Shown: positions 61,401 to 64,000 of the stretch, in pieces | Numbering within the stretch: the stretch's first letter is position 1 | Layout of the letters: each line of letters opens with the position of its first letter | Assembly (NCBI GenBank): GCA_049517415.1 | Contig: JBEKSC010000004.1 | Span: 64,001 to 128,000, forward strand | Length of the DNA stretch: 64,000 nucleotides | DNA from: Candidatus Bathyarchaeia archaeon | GTDB lineage: Archaea; Thermoproteota; Bathyarchaeia; 40CM-2-53-6 | Direction: 5' to 3' | Position numbers and translations under genes: made by a program | Notes under the pieces: generated by a model | The model's database searches: none | Seen by the model: the letters and a program-made list of their open reading frames with translations, nothing else | Told to the model about the DNA's origin: nothing

Positions 61401-62132
61401 GTGGCTGGCAACGTGAAGACTTCGGTTCTGATCCTTCTCTCCATCTCTCTAGTCCTCTTCAATGATGTGGGGGTGGTGCATGTTGCGGCCTCGCCAACAA
61501 ACTGGCCGATGTTCCATCAAAACCTCAACCACACCGGCGTAACACCGGACATTGTAACCCCACCACTCAACCTTCTATGGACCTACAAGACGGATGCCGG
61601 TGTCAGCTCTTCCCCCGCTGTTTCAGGGGGCATAGTGTACGTAGGGTCAATGGACGATAATGTGTATGCGTTGAACGCTGTCACTGGAGCCGTGGTCTGG
61701 AATTACACAACAGGGGACCATGTCTCATCCTCTCCTGCTGTCTCAGGGAACGCATTATACGTGGGCTCAATGGACGGTAACGTGTATGCGTTTGCGGAGG
61801 CTGGTACGAGCCCTACTACGACAGCCGTAATGGCAACAACCTCGGCGTTCAACTTCTCTAGTGTGACGTCGTCCTCAAACCAGCCCAGTCCGTTGCCTGT
61901 TACCGGGGCGAGCGGCACCATGGCTATGTTTTCGCAGACTAATCTCCTGTTAATCGGCGTCGTCGTAGTTCTCGTCGTCGGAGTCTTAGTAGTGGTCAAG
62001 TTGCGTCGTCCAAAGTCGGGTAGACGCGCGACCGGTGTGAGGGGGGAAACGATCTACTGCCGAAGGTGCGGGGCTCAGAATTCCACTAGCCAGCAATTCT
62101 GCGAGAATTGCGGAGCAAAACTGAAACCGTAA
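61401..62132 (+). CDS. PQQ-like repeat membrane protein with zinc ribbon
   Basis: 'WPMF', two 'SSPAV..G.VYVGS.D..VYA' repeats, TM helix, CRRCG..CENCG. Confidence 0.85.
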   Translation: MAGNVKTSVLILLSISLVLFNDVGVVHVAASPTNWPMFHQNLNHTGVTPDIVTPPLNLLWTYKTDAGVSSSPAVSGGIVYVGSMDDNVYALNAVTGAVVWNYTTGDHVSSSPAVSGNALYVGSMDGNVYAFAEAGTSPTTTAVMATTSAFNFSSVTSSSNQPSPLPVTGASGTMAMFSQTNLLLIGVVVVLVVGVLVVVKLRRPKSGRRATGVRGETIYCRRCGAQNSTSQQFCENCGAKLKP

Positions 62133-62154
62133 ATCATAATCTCATGGTGGTTGC

Positions 62155-62790
62155 ATGTTTGGGATATTTGGGCTGGGCGACGGGAAGATGGATTTGCAGC
62201 TAAAGAATGTGAATGTTGCTCCAGGTGATACTTTGGAAGGCACCGCTTCTCTTACCATGAATAAAGATGTCATGGGCAAGGAAGTGGTTGCAATCTTGTA
62301 CGCGGAAGAAACGGTGAGAGAGCGCGAAGCGAATGGCAGGGAGGTCAGTAAACAAATCACGCTCTATTCAAAGTCGGAGATACTGGACACTGAGAAGCTG
62401 TACACAAATGCGAATAGCCCATATCAATACAAATTCGCCTTTGTTATACCACAAACCGGTCCAAGCGCAACGCATGCCTCTAGCATATCCGTAGGAATGA
62501 TTTCGAATCTCCTTCGTAGCGGAGGCATCGTGCGCTGGTACGTCAAAGCAGAACTGAAACATGAAGCTGCATTGAAGTTCCCCGTAGCAAAAACACAGGA
62601 GATAAACATAGTCGCAAGAAGTGATGTTCAGGGTGGTGTTGCAAGAACAATGGCCGTTCCATCGGAATCCGCTACGCAATCCATTTCCTCCGAGACTGTT
62701 CCGTTGGGGGAAAAGAGGTTTTGCGCTAATTGCGGCACCCAGCTGAATCCAAGAGCCACCTTCTGCAGCAACTGCGGATCCAAGCAATAA
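62155..62790 (+). CDS. SpoOM/arrestin-like protein with zinc ribbon
   Basis: 'PGDTLEG...L', 'Y.F.FVIP', 'WYVKA.L', CANCG..CSNCG. Confidence 0.7.
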   Translation: MFGIFGLGDGKMDLQLKNVNVAPGDTLEGTASLTMNKDVMGKEVVAILYAEETVREREANGREVSKQITLYSKSEILDTEKLYTNANSPYQYKFAFVIPQTGPSATHASSISVGMISNLLRSGGIVRWYVKAELKHEAALKFPVAKTQEINIVARSDVQGGVARTMAVPSESATQSISSETVPLGEKRFCANCGTQLNPRATFCSNCGSKQ

Positions 62791-62887
62791 GCCCGTCAAA
62801 AGGTCGGCTGCGAATATTTGCTACCTATGGAAGAAATCTCTCCAACCGACGTCCAGAAACCATTCAAGTAGGAAGTTGACCCTAATC

Positions 62888-63367
62888 TTATCGTTTCATT
62901 GTGACCTCCATTGTTGTGATTACCTGACTGTCTAAGGTATCTCGTTCGCGTACCGTGAATTCCCTTGGACTCATGATTTTTGCTTCTATTTCCTCCCTGT
63001 AGATTTTTCCATCTTGCAAAGCTTCATGAAAGACACTGAATGTTTTGTCATCTAACCACCTGCCCTTGTGGTCGCGAGCTGCCCCCGTGTTCGTAACGGC
63101 AAAGAAGTGGAACATCTTCTCGCCTGGGTCGAAACCAAGTATGTCGACTTCCTCGTATGCACCTAGCCCTTCGATGTCCATCTTGCCAACATTCAATATC
63201 CCCCATCCAGCAGCCGCCGAAGAAAATTTCCACGAGCCCTTCACTTTGAAAGCTCTGCCCTGGAAAGTCAGGCTGCCCTCAGCATTCCAGTCTCCCACAA
63301 AGTACTGCAGCCTCTTGGCTTCGTTGGGCAGAGGAAAGATGTCACTAAGCTTAGGCTTGTCCTTCAC
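62888..63367 (-). CDS. DUF1579-like beta-barrel protein
   Basis: 'L..FVGDW..EG', 'GFDP'. Confidence 0.7.
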   Translation of the reverse strand: MKDKPKLSDIFPLPNEAKRLQYFVGDWNAEGSLTFQGRAFKVKGSWKFSSAAAGWGILNVGKMDIEGLGAYEEVDILGFDPGEKMFHFFAVTNTGAARDHKGRWLDDKTFSVFHEALQDGKIYREEIEAKIMSPREFTVRERDTLDSQVITTMEVTMKR

Positions 63368-63649
63368 AGTAACACCCTAGCAATAATTCGGAAGAAATGA
63401 TGTTCTATAAGCATTCTTGGATGGCGAAATTGCGTGGAAAACCCATTGCTGAGACCTCTTCGGTGAATGTCTTCTCGTCTCGCATCTTCACTACTTTTCT
63501 TTAGCGAATATAATGTTGCGGTCGTCCAGATTTGAATCGTCGTTGTTCGTTATCAAAGGTGTGTGTGGGTCTAATGGTGCGCGCACACCTTTACGAACCA
63601 GGAACGACGGCGGCTCAAATTCCATCATGCCTTCCGATGACGTAACGGA

Positions 63650-64000
63650 TCATTTCTCTCCAGCAATTATTCCTATTCTTCCAACCATAAACGGCAATCT
63701 TAGCATCAACGGAATAAAGCTCGCTTTTCGTGTCTCGACAAATTCTACTCTCGATATCCCCCAACGCTGAATGGTCGCCAGAAAATCCCCTATATCACCG
63801 TAGACGTGTCGCAACAGAAAGAGATCCTGAAAAGAGAATTTTCCCCCCTTCTTCAACACGCGTAAAGCCTCGCGTACAACTTCGCGCTTATCCGCAGAAT
63901 CACGTACCTCATGAAAAACCAAATTGCTTACGACGGCATCAAAATATCCGTCGCCAAATGGCAAGGCCGAGGCACTTGCTTTCTGGAAAGTTACTCGACC
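63650..64000 (-). CDS. Class I SAM methyltransferase, 5'-truncated by the window edge
   Basis: 'LPFGDGYFDAVVSNLVFH', 'RVLKKGG'. Confidence 0.9.
   Translation of the reverse strand, partial: GRVTFQKASASALPFGDGYFDAVVSNLVFHEVRDSADKREVVREALRVLKKGGKFSFQDLFLLRHVYGDIGDFLATIQRWGISRVEFVETRKASFIPLMLRLPFMVGRIGIIAGEK

Overview
Archaeal chromosomal segment, probably Bathyarchaeia or another TACK lineage (inferred from gene content, TATA/GGTGA signals and bulge-helix-bulge (BHB) introns). 1-15.7 kb holds ABC transporter genes, a PaaK-like ligase, an NHL/Thr-rich secreted protein and a surface-glycosylation cluster. About 15.8-43.0 kb (minus strand) is a head-tail virus morphogenesis cluster with no recognisable integrase or replication genes. 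It runs TerS, TerL, portal, protease/scaffold, major capsid, connectors, tail tube, chaperone, tape measure and tail tip, and is repeatedly interrupted by toxin-antitoxin (TA) cassettes flanked by diverged partial gene duplications. 43-64 kb holds more TA modules, Thr-rich secreted proteins, a tRNA-Leu(CAG) and CARDB/zinc-ribbon proteins. The main finding is that two viral protein-coding genes (tape measure, and a tail gene at 18.2-18.8 kb) carry small tRNA-type BHB introns whose removal at the canonical cut sites restores the reading frame exactly. The host tRNA-Leu in the same window carries four, possibly five, introns of the same type and size. All family assignments come from motif recognition and gene order, not from database searches.
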